Origin: Octopus sinensis
Taxonomy: Eukaryota
Length of the DNA stretch: 64,000 nt
Assembly: GCF_006345805.1 (NCBI RefSeq)
Contig: NC_043007.1
Location: 5,146,001-5,210,000 of the forward strand
Direction: 5' to 3'
Shown here one piece after another: positions 1-13,231 of this stretch. The notes beneath the pieces were generated by a model, which did no database searches, was not told the DNA's origin, and worked only from the letters and a program-made list of their open reading frames with translations. Each line of letters begins with the position of its first letter. The first letter of the stretch is position 1. The position numbers were made by a program, and so were the translations under genes.

Positions 1-825
1 AGAATATCTCCCTTATTGGTTTGCATGTCTAGAATTGAACTAATAAAGTATTATCATCTGGAATCAAAACCAGCGAACCCCAAAATCCCATTCTTTATCA
101 TTACACCACTGGCAATAATTCTTCTTTAATTTTGGCACAAGGCCAACAATTCTGAGGGAATGGTCAACCCCCCTGTACTTTATTTTATTGTACTTTATCT
201 TATTGACTCTGAAAAGATGAAAAGTAAAGTTGACCTCAGCTGAGTTTGAACTTAGAATGTAAAACAACTGTAAGAACTGTCTCTAAGCATTTCGCTGGAT
301 GTGCTAAGGATTCTGCTAGTTTGCCACCTTCTCTGGTGCTAATAATAGCAGGAAAAGGTGTTAGTCTGTGCATTTCGATGGTTTGTTTGCCTTTATAAAA
401 AACATGAAAATCCTATGTAGTGTTGTAGTCAAGGCTACTAAAAGAAGTCAGGTATGGTTTCTATGACCGATTCTGCCGATTGTTAATCTGGCATTTATGA
501 AGCAGAGCTGTGAGGTTTCTATCCTTGCCTTACGTTTTGTCTGTGGTTTAGGGCTCCTCATTGAGACTTTGACAGAATATTTTCAACCTTCATTGTTTAA
601 GGAGAATGTGAAGGAGAATGGCATGGCTCATTAAAATGGTGTTTGAACTGAATTCTCCATGGAAAATGAGAAAGAAATTCAGAAGTAGGGTATTTTTTTC
701 AATAAATGGATAAACACGTCTCAGATTGACAGGGAATAAGATTGTTGGGGATATAAAGAATGCAAGAGGAAAAAAATTGAATACTGAGGAACTTCTCCAT
801 TTATAGAGTAAAGCTGGTGAGTCAG

Positions 826-995
826 AGAGAGAGGGAGAGTGGGAGAGAGAGAGAGGAGGGAGAGTGGGAGAGAGAGAGGGAGGGAGAGAGAGAGGGGGGA
901 AGAGAGAGGGGGAGGGAGAGAGATGGAGAGAGAAGGAGGGAGAGGGAGAGAGAGGGAGAGAGAGGGAGGAGAGAGAGGGAGGGAGAGAGAGAGAT
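826..995 (+). repeat. Polypurine (GA/GGA)n tract
   Basis: About 170 nt of almost exclusively A and G. Confidence 0.95.
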
Positions 996-1599
996 ATCTG
1001 TTGACATTCTCAACTGGAGGGTCATGCTAGGAAGTTTGCAAAATAGTTGCATAGTAAATAATTGTTTCTAATTAAGGCTTGAAATTTGGGGAAGTAGCTA
1101 ATCAAGCTAATCAACTGAATACCATCAATTCCAATGCTTGACTGGTGCTTTGCTTCAGAAAGGATGAAAGGCAAAGATGCCAAAGCATTTTCTTTCTAAT
1201 TCTCTAACGATTCTGCCACACCACTGCCCTGCAGAATAAATAACGAATGCCACATGTGATACAAAAGCCAGATATTAGTCAAGAATGTTCATGTCCTGAA
1301 CAAAATTTTTGATTTTGGTGAAGCTCTCGACTTTATCAAATACCATTTCTGTGTGATGTAAGAGAGAAGATATCCAGGAAATCTGGCTTAGCCATATTAA
1401 TGGTTGCTGCGTTAGACACTCAAGATGTTACACAAGGGGATTATCTAAGATTAATAAACTAAGAGCTTCTAGCGTTTATCTCTTACCGGTTTCATTCATT
1501 GGACTGCAGCCATAATGGAGTGGGGTGCACCACCTTGAAGGGCTTAGTCAAAGAAATCAACACCAGTTATTATTTGTTAAGCCTGGTATTTCAATCGGT

Positions 1600-1851
1600 G
1601 ATTAAGGCAACGAGCTGGCAGAAACGTTAGCACACCGGGTGAAATGCTTAGTGGTATTTCGTCTGCCGTTACTTTCTGAGTTCAAATTCCGCTGAGGTCG
1701 ACTTTGCTTTTCATCCTTTCGGGGTCGATAAATTAAGTACCAGTTACGCACTGGGGTCGATGTAATCAACTTAATCCGTTTGTCTGTCCTTGTTTGTCCC
1801 CTATGTGTTCAGCCCCTTGTGGGTAGTAAAGAAATAGGTATTTCAATCGGT
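1600..1851 (+). mobile_element. tRNA-derived SINE with Meta/MESC-like central domain, nested in an older SINE
   Basis: AGGC..GAGCTGGCAGAA (A-box-like), GAGTTCAAATTCC (B box), GCTTTTCATCCTTTCGGGGTCGATAAATTAAGTACC domain, and a 15-bp TSD GGTATTTCAATCGGT. Confidence 0.85.
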
Positions 1852-2261
1852 CTCTTTTGCCAAACCACTAAATTACAGGGATGTAAACAAACCAAGACTG
1901 GTTGTCAAATGGTGGAGGTGGATGAATAAACACAAATACATTCACACACATATACACAGGCACATATACAAACAATGCAACCAAATTCACTCAAAAAGCA
2001 TTGGTTGACTCCAAGAGTCATAGTGGAAGACATTAGTCAAACCTGCTGCATGGTGGGATTGAACCTGACAACCCACAATTGCAAAGTGAGAATCTTAACC
2101 ACACAATCATGAGAATCAAATTAAAAACAAACAAACATACAAACACCCACACTTACAAATTACAAAAAAAATGTAATTCAAATGTTAAAATAATGCAACA
2201 AAACATTTACAAAATACTAAAAAAAAAACCCCAAAAAAACACTGATTGTAATTTTACTCAC

Positions 2262-2353
2262 AGTGAAAACAAAAAGCGTATATGAAGGTGATCTCCATGA
2301 AATGAGATTTTTCAGGCCACGCATTGTGTTCATAATTGGTTGTGTAACTGCAC
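2262..2353 (-). CDS. GRAMD4: GRAMD4-like coding exon (92 nt)
   Basis: ttttgtctttttatag|GT GCA...TTC ACT|gtgagt. Encodes GAVTQPIMNTMRGLKNLISWRSPSYTLFVFT. Phase 1 in, phase 0 out. Confidence 0.9.
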
Positions 2354-3188
2354 CTATAAAAAGACAAAATGTTGCCTTGAGTCAAACTTAATAATGTCTA
2401 ACGTAAACCTAACTCTTAACATCTACTTATTCATTTTTTATTATGAAAACTGTAAAATAATTTTTTCAGGCAAACTTTATGAAGTTGTGTTCAAGAATAA
2501 GGATTATATAATTAGTGGAAGCGGTATTTATTGGTAACACACTACCTTAGAATCATATCAAACTATCAAACCGTTGGGTTTAATTCAATTTGTTTATATT
2601 TAAAATGAGCCTGGTGCAGCCTCCTGGCTTCCCAGACCCCGGTTGAACCGTCCAACCCATGCTAGCATGGAAAACGGACGTTAAACAATGATGATGATGA
2701 TGATGTTTATTTAAATCTGTTTGCTGGTAGAAGAGCATTTCATTTGATTTTTTAAAAATAATTTTTGTTACTCATTTCAGTCACTGGACTTTGGCCATGC
2801 TGGAGCACTGGAGTTTAGTCAATCATATCAACACCAATTCAAATTTTTTAGTCCCATGCTCTTGAAATCTGTTTGTTGAGTCACTAAGTTACGGGACATA
2901 AATGTAAACATCACCATGGATACAAACACACACACATACGTGCATAAACACACACACACAAAATATTAAAGTTTGTTGTGTATTTATATGTAAAGATGTT
3001 TCTTTTCTGTCTGTCAAAAGTGGAATAGAGTCAGAAGAAAGGAAAGAGAAGAGAGTGGAGCAGTATTGAAGAGGATGAGAAGGGTGAGGAGCATGAGGGG
3101 TGTGGGTGAGGTGGAGTAGAAATTGACTGGAGAGTGAAAGACTAGGTACAGGTAGGAGGATGAGGAAGGAAGGGAGGAAACAATGAAG

Positions 3189-3298
<110 letters not shown>

Positions 3299-3732
3299 CA
3301 AGTGATGGGAGGGAGATGAAAGAGAAGGAATTAAAGAAAGGAATGATGCTGTGAAGAGGGAAATACCACTTGCACTAAGACACACACACACACACACACA
3401 AAGGAAGTGTGAGAGAAGAATATATCTTTATTTGATCATGTGACTTCCATAGTGTTACAAACATTTCTCAAACTCCACCATGTAGCATTAATTTCAATAT
3501 GCACAAAATTATGCATACATGTGTGTATTAATATGCATGCTCAGCGTTATACAATACAATTGTCTACACACAAATTAATGCAAATATTCAAAGCTAACTC
3601 ATCAGATCGCTGGAACACCATGGCGACAGCAACAGTTCAGCTTGCATCATTACATTGAGCAATGATGCATACTAAAGCAAACATCTTACATTACTCATTT
3701 GCATTTATGTGTGTGTGTGTGTGTGTGTGTGT

Positions 3733-4029
3733 GGAGGCGCAATGGACCAGTGGTTAGGGCAGCGGACTCGCGTTCGTAGGATCGCAGTTTCGATTCTCAT
3801 ACCAGGCGTTGTGAGTGTTTATTGAGCGAAAACACCTAAAGCTCCACGAGGCTCCAGCAGGGGGTGGTGCCGAACCCTGCTGTACTCTTTCACCACAACT
3901 TTCTCCCACTCTTTTTTCTGTTGGCCTGCTTGCTTAGCCAGCGGGCTGGCACCATTTGAAGGCTAAAACAATGCGAAGTGCATTGTGACCAGCGATATGT
4001 AGCAACATCTGATAGCCTGGTCGGTGACA

Positions 4030-4030
<1 letters not shown>
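3733..4030 (+). mobile_element. tRNA-derived SINE (GGAGGCGCAATGG.. head)
   Basis: A box TGGACCAGTGG, B box GTTTCGATTC, conserved body gagcgaaaacacctaaagctccacgaggctcc, (AT)n tail. Confidence 0.8.
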
Positions 4031-4068
<38 letters not shown>

Positions 4069-4429
4069 CACACCAGAGCATCCCAATGTGTGTCAACATT
4101 CAGGGTGACTGGGACTGTCCACTATAACACATTGGCATCCTTGGGCAGATGATCCTTCCACTGTGGCCATACTCTCCAAGTCGTACTGGTTGGGCAACTC
4201 TCTCACTTGATGGGTGGCGCCACCCTCATTAATGCACTGGCACCCTGGGGTCCCTTCCACCCCTTACAGTATGAGTGAGGAATTAAATAGGGATTAAGAA
4301 TTAAAATGTAGATTTATAAGGTTATTGGGGTTACCTAAGGGGTATTGTGGAAATATACTGTATGGTCATTTAGGCATTTGGATTTGTGGTAGAATTTCAA
4401 TGTGTTAAAAAAAGCGGTGGTTGCATGTG

Positions 4430-4890
4430 CTTAGTGTCTCATTATGTTTATTTAGCAGTGCTGGAGAGTTTTGCTTTAATATGTGAAATGCCTCTTTCAG
4501 GCAAAGTTTGCAGATTGAGTGCTGACCTCGGTAGGGAAGCCCTGAATCCAGTATGGACCATGATAAAGTATAGGGTATATTTGTATTTTTGAGATGATGT
4601 ATGTGGTTGGCAAGTGTTGTACATTTACTATGTTTATCGTATCTAAAAGAATGGAGGTGCGTGGCATATCATTGCTCAAAATTTTTGGTTGATCCTATGT
4701 ATTTGGCTGTAGAGTTATGTAACAGATTAAGGATCGTGCATTTGTAAATTACATTATATCTTCTGCAATGGGTTTGTAACGGGCAGATGGTTCCAGGACA
4801 GCAATTACAATTAAGTGAATTTTGGGGACTGTGTTCAGAAATAGAGGAGGTAATATCGTCAGAGGAGAGGTTAGAGAAGGGGGTAGAAGA
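4430..4890 (-). mobile_element. Penelope-like retroelement GIY-YIG endonuclease remnant
   Basis: Translates to CPLQTHCRRYNVIYKCTI...KYIGSTKNFEQ*YATHLHSFRYDKHSKCTTLANHIHHLKNTNIPYTLSWSILDSGLPYRGQHSICKLCLKEAFHI. This has the VIY..YIG motif and the PLE C-terminal CxLC, with a stop codon. Confidence 0.8.
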
Positions 4891-7039
4891 TTCTATATTA
4901 TATATATATACATATATATATATCCCTTTTAACTGGAAGTTCAAGTATCACCAATCATAAGCATGCTTGATCAGGGCAGGCTAGCCTAAGGCTAAATAAC
5001 AATTCCTGAAGCTAAGAATCATAAAGGAATCTTTGGTATGAATTCCATGCAGAATGCAGAGAGGAGATAAAATATGGTGGGAGACCAAATCATCATCATC
5101 ATCATCATCATCATTGTATATGAATACTTACAAGTTATCAGACATGTCTAAAAATATATTTGATTCCCTAATGTTTTGAAAAACATTTCCAAAACACAAA
5201 GAATTTATTTATTTATTGTTGATTTTTAACCAAGATTAAGTCACTGATAATATTCTAAGTTGATGCTAATATACCCGGGAGAAGATATTTGAATTACAAA
5301 AACTATATTTGACCGTTTTGTTTTTCTTTTTGAATCTTCATTTTTTGTTCAGTGTAGCTGAGAGATAATGGCCGAGAGCAGAACATCAATAGAGTTGGCA
5401 CATCTCCTGCTTCTTATATATTGATATAAAGTCAGTACAAGTTCTCTAACGATACCAGTCTTTAAATTCATCTAAGTGCTTTACAGAATGAAAAATGCAA
5501 GAAAAATATAGGATAAATGGACGACAATGAATCAATGGAGAAGGTCATATGTGGAGAAAGGTTATTCAACTTGTTGGCAGAGAGTCACTTAAAGACATAC
5601 TCCAGCCTCTGGCTCATAGGAATGCTGTCTTCTTTCTTTGTCTTTTCTATTGCAACTACAACGCCCTCTATCCTTCGAAGCTTTCTGGTTTTGTGTACCT
5701 TTTTTCAATTGTAACCAGCTATTTCTATTCCTTCCATCAACCATCCTATATTCAATGCCCCAGATGAAATGCCCTTCCTCAGCTCATATCTTTCCTACAG
5801 GTGTTGACTTATAGTCCTTTAAGCAGATCCTTAATGACGTCATTCTTACCAGTCTTTCATGGGATATTGGGTACTGACCCTCCCTCCAGAGATCAAGCAA
5901 ATGATAAAAAAAACCCACAAAAAAGCCTAAAAAAAGTCCCTAAACCCCTTTCTGAAATACAGTTTACCTCAAATATCAACTAGAATTTCCTACTTATATG
6001 CAGTATAACATGCTATATGCCTGTTTGATACTGATTTCTTCTAAGTATACAGTTAATGAATGATTCCCCAAACAAATTACTGGTACTCATTATATCAACC
6101 CTTGAGTAATTTGAAAACTTTTTACTTGAACCACAGAAGAGGAAAGGGAAGTCACATGATCTTTGTTTAGAATCCCTGTGACTCGTTTTAGCAATGGAAT
6201 ATGTTAGCCCTAGAGCAGAGAATTGGCACAAATGCTTACAAAAGTGTTGCCTCTGTTAAAAGTACCTGAAACAATGGTGTTCTTTTAGAATGTGCTTCTC
6301 TATGGCCCTTAACTTCAAAATCTTTGTAACACAATGAATTCTATCTGGAACCAAAGGAGCACCACTTCAGTTTCTTACTTCTTGATTCTCTGAGGAAGGG
6401 TTACAGGCTGAAACTGTAGATACTTTACTCATCGCAACAAGTTATTGGGGCATAGAAGGGAAAAACCATTGTTTGGGCGCTTTTGACAGAAGTTACCATT
6501 TTGTAAGCATCCAAGGCCATCGCTCTTGCTTGATGGTAACTTATTCCATTTTCAGTGTAGTTTCATTCCCATCATAAACAATCAAAATAATAAATTATAA
6601 ATACACATCCTTGATGGTGTGTTGTATATATTCCACTCCCAAAACAAAGAATGTATTGAAGCAACAACAACAGCAACAGCCGCCACCACCACCATATATA
6701 TATATACATCTGCATGTGTGTATATGTGTATATATGCGCATCTGCATGCATGTGAGTATGTGCATGTGTGCATGTGTTTATGTATATATAAATATGTGTG
6801 TGTATGTTTGTATATGTGCCTCAGTGTGTATGTGTGTGTGTATATATATGTATCTGCATGTGTGTGTGTGTGTCCAATGCATCAGTTGTGTACTTTAGTC
6901 ATTCCACAAACATAGAGTACTAAAATAAGTACCATTGTACTGAAGATCCTTTATGAACCACTGACCATCCCCCACTAAAAGGTGGTGCTTCAGCATGGCC
7001 ACATACTTTGTCCTAAACCATTAAAAGACTAAAATATCA

Positions 7040-7556
7040 TCATTTAACGTCCACTTTCCATGCTGGCATGGGTTGGACGGTTTGACTGAGGGCTGGCAAA
7101 CCAGATGGCTGCACCAGGCTTCAATCTTGATCTGGCAGTTTCTACAGCTGGATGCCCTTCCTAACACCAACCACTCCGAGTGTGTAGTGGGTGCTTTTAC
7201 GTGCCACCGGCACAGGACCAGTCAGGTGGTACTGGCAACGACCTCGCTTGAATCTTTTACACATGCCACCAGCACAGGTGCCAGTAAGGCGATGCTGGTA
7301 ACGATCATGCTCGAATGGTGTCTTTTACGTGCCACCGGCATGGAGGCCAGATAGCCACTCTGGCAACGATCATACTCGGATGGTGCTCTTAATACCCTAC
7401 TAGCATGGGGCATGAGTACCAGTAAGGCAACGCTGGTAACGATCACGCTTGAATAGTGTCTTTTACATGCCACCAGCACGGGGCCAGTGAGGCGGTACTG
7501 GCAACGACCTCGCTTGAATCTTTTACACATGCCACTGGCACAGGTGTCACTAAGGC
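7040..7556 (-). mobile_element. (GAT)n-tailed SINE-like element with internal ~65-bp VNTR. Other copies: 2606-2705+, 10070-10530+, 11607-12000-, 12800-12940+, 16115-16270+, 16640-16870-, 17885-18320-, 22440-22935-, 27680-27790+, 28710-28855-, 30120-30305-, 32750-33035+, 35630-35890-, 46265-46440-, 53985-54450+
   Basis: Shared 3' module gttggcgttaggaagggcatccagctgtagaaac..ccgtccaacccatgctagcatggaaa.cggacgttaaacgatgatg, preceded by variable numbers of gtgcc..gtggcacgtaaaaagcacc units. Confidence 0.88.
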
Positions 7557-8799
7557 AGGTATGTAAAAGAATATTGAAGTTTGAAAATTGAATAGAATTA
7601 TCCAAGACCTTCCTTCCACTTTAATGGTCAGCAGCAGAGGAGTGGCTCGCATCCAGAATCTCAATGGAAATTGGAAACAATTTGCATTCGCAAATATAGA
7701 CACCAACCTGGATCGATGCCATGTAAATGTTTAATAAACTATTCATATTGTTTCGGGTATATTTGCCGAGAGATCATCGGAGGAAAATCCAGCAGCAAGA
7801 TTCATTATGGAAAATTTGTTTAAAGTATCGAAATTGCTTTAAAAAAAAAAGAAAATCCAATGTTGTTGTTGTTGTTATCGAAATTGCAGCATTCATAGCT
7901 GCAACAGTTGTTGCTGTTGTTGGTGTTGTGGTTATTTGATAGTTCTGCAAATGTAACAGACCCATGGAACAGAGATAACTAATCAGACGAGGCGGTATCC
8001 AATTGACATTTCAAGCAGTGTCCTTCCTTCCTTCCTTCTTTCCAACCAATTTATTTGTTTATTTAATATTATTCTTATTGTAGCCACGTAGTTAAGAAGC
8101 CTGTTTTACAGACATGGGTTTCTCAGGTTCGATCCCACGGTATGGCACCTTAGGCAAGTGTTTCCCACTGGTGGGTTAATGAATATCTTGTGAGTGGAAT
8201 TTGGTAGAAGGAAACTTTGCAGAACTGTATACATGTGAACCTACCTATTCAATCCCACCCACCGACATACCTTTCCACATCCCTACCCACCATCACCATC
8301 ACCACCACCATCATTGCTGCTGTCATCATTATCACCATCATCATCATTGTCTTAATCATCATTTCACGATCCTTTTCCAGGCTGCACAGGTCAGATGGTT
8401 TGTCACAATTTGAGTCAGTTTTTATTCAGAGCTCCAGCCTTCCCAGATGAACTAGAAGAGCACATCGTGCCTGTCTGTTTTACTCTAGCATGGTTTCCAT
8501 GGCTAGATGCCATTCCCAACGGCCAGCCAATTTATGGCATTTACTTGGTGCACTTTATCATGGCACCAGCACCAGTGAGGCTGTCTGATTCTCCACAACT
8601 ACAGATTCAAAGTAGCACCAACCCAACTCACTGACCCCACCACTCCCTTATTACCAACGTGAGAGAACATCGATTTCTATCCTCCTATTCAGAATAAACA
8701 CACACACACACACACACACACACAATAAAAAGCACCAGAAATTACATCCACTTTCTCCACAATATTCATAAAAGAGAAGACAGAGCATAGAAAGCATGG

Positions 8800-9501
8800 C
8801 CCCTGTGAGCAATCCCAGGGACCATATTTAGCTATGAGAAAGGGGCAACACCAACAGTAAACAGAAAGTAGACTAAAAGCCATCAAGACAACCCCAGTCT
8901 CACCAGGACCCAAATCTCTCCAGAATGAACTACAAAGAATACAAAACAGTGAAGTTTGCAGTCGAAAAAGCCAGCTTCTGTTTATGGCTGAAGCGGGAAG
9001 ACCAAAAATGGTTGGAAAGTCATAACATGCCGGCGGGAAATAACATCACTAGGTGAGAGAAGCTGACACTGAATCAGCTTCGCTGACTGACAGGTGATGG
9101 TCATTTAGAGAATGCGTGGGCTAAGACTATGCGCCTTCACTAATCAGTTTAGGTGAGACAGTGTCACATGACAACTTGCTGGGGCTGCCTGATGGAGCCT
9201 AGCGGCAGGTATTTAAAGGGAAAAATTTGACAAGTCAGTCAGTCATCAGCTGACACTCGCTGACGACACATCGAAGAGGCCAGGGAACAGAAGAAAGAAG
9301 AAGAAAGAAGACATGCACCCAACACCAGAGTTGAAGACACCTCTGAAAGGGGGGCAGGCGCCACATCAAAACGGCAGAGGAGTAGGGGCCGAAACTGGAT
9401 ATGGTTTCTCCTGATGATGTCTTGAGCTAACAGGATCCTACAAAGGAGCTGTTGTGGTAGCAGACCACAAAACATGGTTGTAATTCCCCAGGTTGTACAC
9501 A
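8800..9501 (+). mobile_element. Putative solo-LTR-like element
   Basis: CpG/GC-richer island with TG..CA imperfect inverted ends (TGTGAGCAATCCCAGGG / CCCCAGGTTGTACACA) and a TATA-like GTATTTAAAG at about 9210. No TSD found. Confidence 0.3.
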
Positions 9502-12500
9502 GCATTACCCATGCAAAAGAAAAAAGAATATTAAAAGCAAAACCCCTTGCACTTGAGAAGGATGTAGTGTGTTGCTACAAAAGAGCTTTACTCTATCCAA
9601 GTGACCACATGAAAACTTGCTTTTAGGATATTGCTACTATAAAATTTCCTAAAAAACACTAGCTCTTCACGACAACCCAGCCATCATCATCGTCATCATT
9701 GTTTATCTATTTTGTTATGCTTGGACGGTTGGATGCTCCTCCTGTTGCCAACCCTCACCTGTTTCCAAGTAAGGTGATAGTTCCACCCCCCCCTGCATGG
9801 CCTGACATATTCTCAGGGAAAATTGGAAACAAAGTGATTCCCATGATTATCACACAATGTTAAGACAAGGAGACAATAACATCCTCCATGTACTGATACA
9901 TGTTCGCACACATGCATTTTTGATGAGCTTACCTTGGTCTACCAAATCCACTCACAAAGCTTTGGCTGACCCAGGACAATAGTGGAATATGCTGTCAAAG
10001 GTGCCATTTAGTGGGATTGAACCTAAAGGCATGTGGTTGGGACATGCAAGGTTGTTAACCACACAGCCATGTCTATGCCAGTGCCGCCTTGACTGGTTTC
10101 TGTGCCGGTTGCACGTAAAAAGCACCATCCGTATGTGACCGATGCCAGCACTGCCTTGACTGGCTTCCATGTCTGTGGCACATACAAACTACTAACCGAT
10201 CGTGGTCGTTGCCAGCCTCCCCTGGCATGTAAAAAGCACCATCAGTATGTGCTCAATGCCAGCACCACCTCGACTGGCTTCCATGCTGGTGGCACGTAAA
10301 AAGCACCAACCGATCGTGGATGTTGCCAGCCTCCCCTGGCACCTGTGCTGGTGGCACGTAAAAAGCACCCACTACACTCACGGAGTGGTTGGCCTTAGGA
10401 AGGGCATCCAGCTGTAGAAACACTGCCAGATCAGACTGGGCCTGGTGCAGCCTCCTGGCTTCCCAGACCCCGGTCGAACCGTCCAACCCATGCTAGCACG
10501 GAAAACGGACGTTAAACGATGATGATGATATATATATACTCACGTGCACACACATGTATGTTTATGTGTTTATGTATACACGTATATATGTATATAAATA
10601 TGTGTATGTATATCTGATCTGTTTTAGCACTTAACAGTCCAAATAAATCTACACATTGTTTATTTATAGAGAAAAAAAAGTAATTTCCCCGTAAAGTGTA
10701 TTGCGTAGTGACAATCAATTTAATAGTCATGTTTACATTTGTACAGACAACTTTGAAGGAGCCTCTACCTGGTTGCTTTAGCTGCTAGAAACAGGAAGCA
10801 AAATACCTTCAAGCCCTGCTCCACCACTTTAGAAAGTTGACACATTGAATATGTAGTCCTAGGTACATAAAGGCAGATGGAAAAAAGATAGCATAATCAT
10901 AGCTGGAATACACTGTGTAATATAATACTAGATAGGTATACTTTGTCTAATGGGAGGGTCATGGCTGGAACATTGTTTGACTGTACAAACAGAACTAATC
11001 TAGCATTAAACAACAATTATAGAAAATATCAGACAGAATAATTGTTATAGACATCTAACATATATTATATGTGAATGAAAAATAGATGGGATGGTCACAA
11101 CTGGAGTGTCTTTGGTTGTAATAAATCTGCTGGGGATTTAAACACATGAGCTTATCAGCATGATATTCTGTTACAGTTATTCCAGCCACGGATGGTAGCT
11201 ATCGGACTGCCTCCTACGTATTTTGCTGTCAGCAGCCATTAAATGAAACACAGTTGCCTTGGTAACAAGTTAGAATAAACACGGTAAACTCATTATTGAT
11301 ATCTTTCAATTAGGTAAGAAGAAGGATGGGTGGAAGATAGGAAAAAAAGAACAGGATGCAATCACCACCACCACCATCATCATCATCATCATTTTAGCAT
11401 CCAATTTTCCATGCTTACATGGGTCAGATGGAATCTGTTGAGATAGATTGTCTACAGCTGGATGCCTTTCCTGTCTCCAAACCTTGCCCCTTTCCAAGCA
11501 AGCTAATAACTGCCGATGGTGACAAAATGCTTTCATTAAAGATTGGAAGCAATGGACATCACTTGTACGATGGTGATACTTGTCTAAAACTATTCATCAT
11601 CATCATCATCGTTTAATGTCTGCTTTCCATGCTAGCATGGGTTGGATGAATGACTGAGGGCTGGCGAACCAGATGGCTGCACCAGGCTCCAATCTTGATC
11701 TGGCAGACTTTCTACAGCTGGATGCCCTTCCTAACTCCAACCACTTCGAGAGTGTAGTGGGTGCTTTTACGTGCCACCAGCATGGAGCCAGTCAGGTGGT
11801 ACTGGCAACGACCTCGCTCGAATCTTTTACACATGCCACCGGCACAGGTGCCAGTAAGGCGATGCTGGTAATGATCCCGCTTGAATGGTGCCTTTTACAT
11901 GCCACCGGCATGGAGGCCAGATAGCCACTCTGGCAACAATCCCGCTCGGATGGTGCTCTTAATACCCTACTAGCACCGGGCTCGAGTGCCAGTAAGGTGA
12001 CTGTTATTTGTTAGTCTAAAACTATTGTTGGGGCTCCTTGAACAGTTTAGTTGGACAAGTTGACCTCGGTACTTATTTTTTAGGCATGGTACTTATTTTT
12101 TGGTTTCTTTAGCCAAACCGCTAAATTACTGGGATGTAAACAAACCAACACCAGTTGTCAAGTTTTGGTGTGGCACAAACATAACACGAAAAGACTCCCC
12201 CACCCACCCACACACACGACAGGCTTCTTTCAGTTATTTTCCACCAAATCCACTCATGTGACTTTGGTCAGCCTGGAACTATTGTGGAAGATACTTGCTC
12301 AAGGTACCACATGGCAGGACTGAACTGGGGTTGTGAAACAAACTTCTTAATTACAGCACCACCTTGACTGGCTTCCATGCCAGTGGCACGTAAAAAGCAC
12401 CAACCAATCATGGATGCTCTTCCTAATGCCAACCACTCAGTGAGTGTAGTGGGTGCTTATTACATGCCACTGGCACAGGTGCCAGGGGGAGCTGGCAACA

Positions 12501-13205
12501 GCCACGGTTGATTGGTGCTTTTTACGTGCCACCAGCAGGGAAGCCAGTCAAGGTAGCGCTGGCATCGACCACATATGGATGGTGCTTTTTATGTGCCAGG
12601 GGAGGCTGGCAATGGCCATGGTTGGCTACAGCCTAATGATACCAAATTGCAATTGCAGTTTTATGGGGTTTTTTCCTTTGATGGTGGTGGTGGTGGGATC
12701 ATCAAGCTGATATAATGTAGGATGAATATAGTAATAATGATAAGAACCCATGGATGGAATATACATGGATTATTATTATTATTATTAGTAACTACACTCT
12801 TGGAGTGGTTGGCGTTAGGAAGGGCATCCAGCTGTAGAAACTCTGCCAGATCAGATTGCAGCCTCCTGGCTCACTAGATCTCAGTCAAATCGTCCAATCC
12901 ATGCGAGCATGGAAAGCAGATGTTAAATGATGATGATGATGATATATGACAGACTTCTTTCAGTTTCCAGTGACCAAATCCACTTACAAAGCTTTGGTCA
13001 GCCTGAGGCTATAGTAGAAGACACTTGCCCAAGGTAATGTGCAGAGGGACTGACCTTAAAACCCTGAAGGTTGTAAAATGAGCTTCTTAGCCACAAATAT
13101 ATGTTTGCACCAAATAATGGGGCAGGAGGGAAAAACAGAAGGGAAAAAAAGAAGGGAAAAAAAGAAGGATATCCAAAGGAGATGTTGGATGTTTGATGTA
13201 CTTAC

Positions 13206-13231
13206 CAAACCGGGTGATATTATTCTTTAGC
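13206..13231 (-). CDS. GRAMD4: GRAMD4-like 26-nt microexon
   Basis: ttctgttctatttcttcag|G CTA AAG AAT AAT ATC ACC CGG TTT G|gtaagt. Encodes (K)LKNNITRF(G), bridges phase 2 to phase 1 exactly, and aligns with RLTENMRRL. Confidence 0.85.

Noticed and set aside
3733-3810. tRNA gene calls for SINE heads (also 50140-50216, 56810-56880, 59220-59295)
   Set aside because: A/B boxes are present but the acceptor and anticodon stems do not pair properly, and each runs directly into a shared SINE body.
9340-9430. Possible hammerhead (GGCCGAAAC...CTGATGA)
   Set aside because: GAAAC pairs directly with GTTTC and there is no stem I between the would-be cleavage site and CTGATGA.
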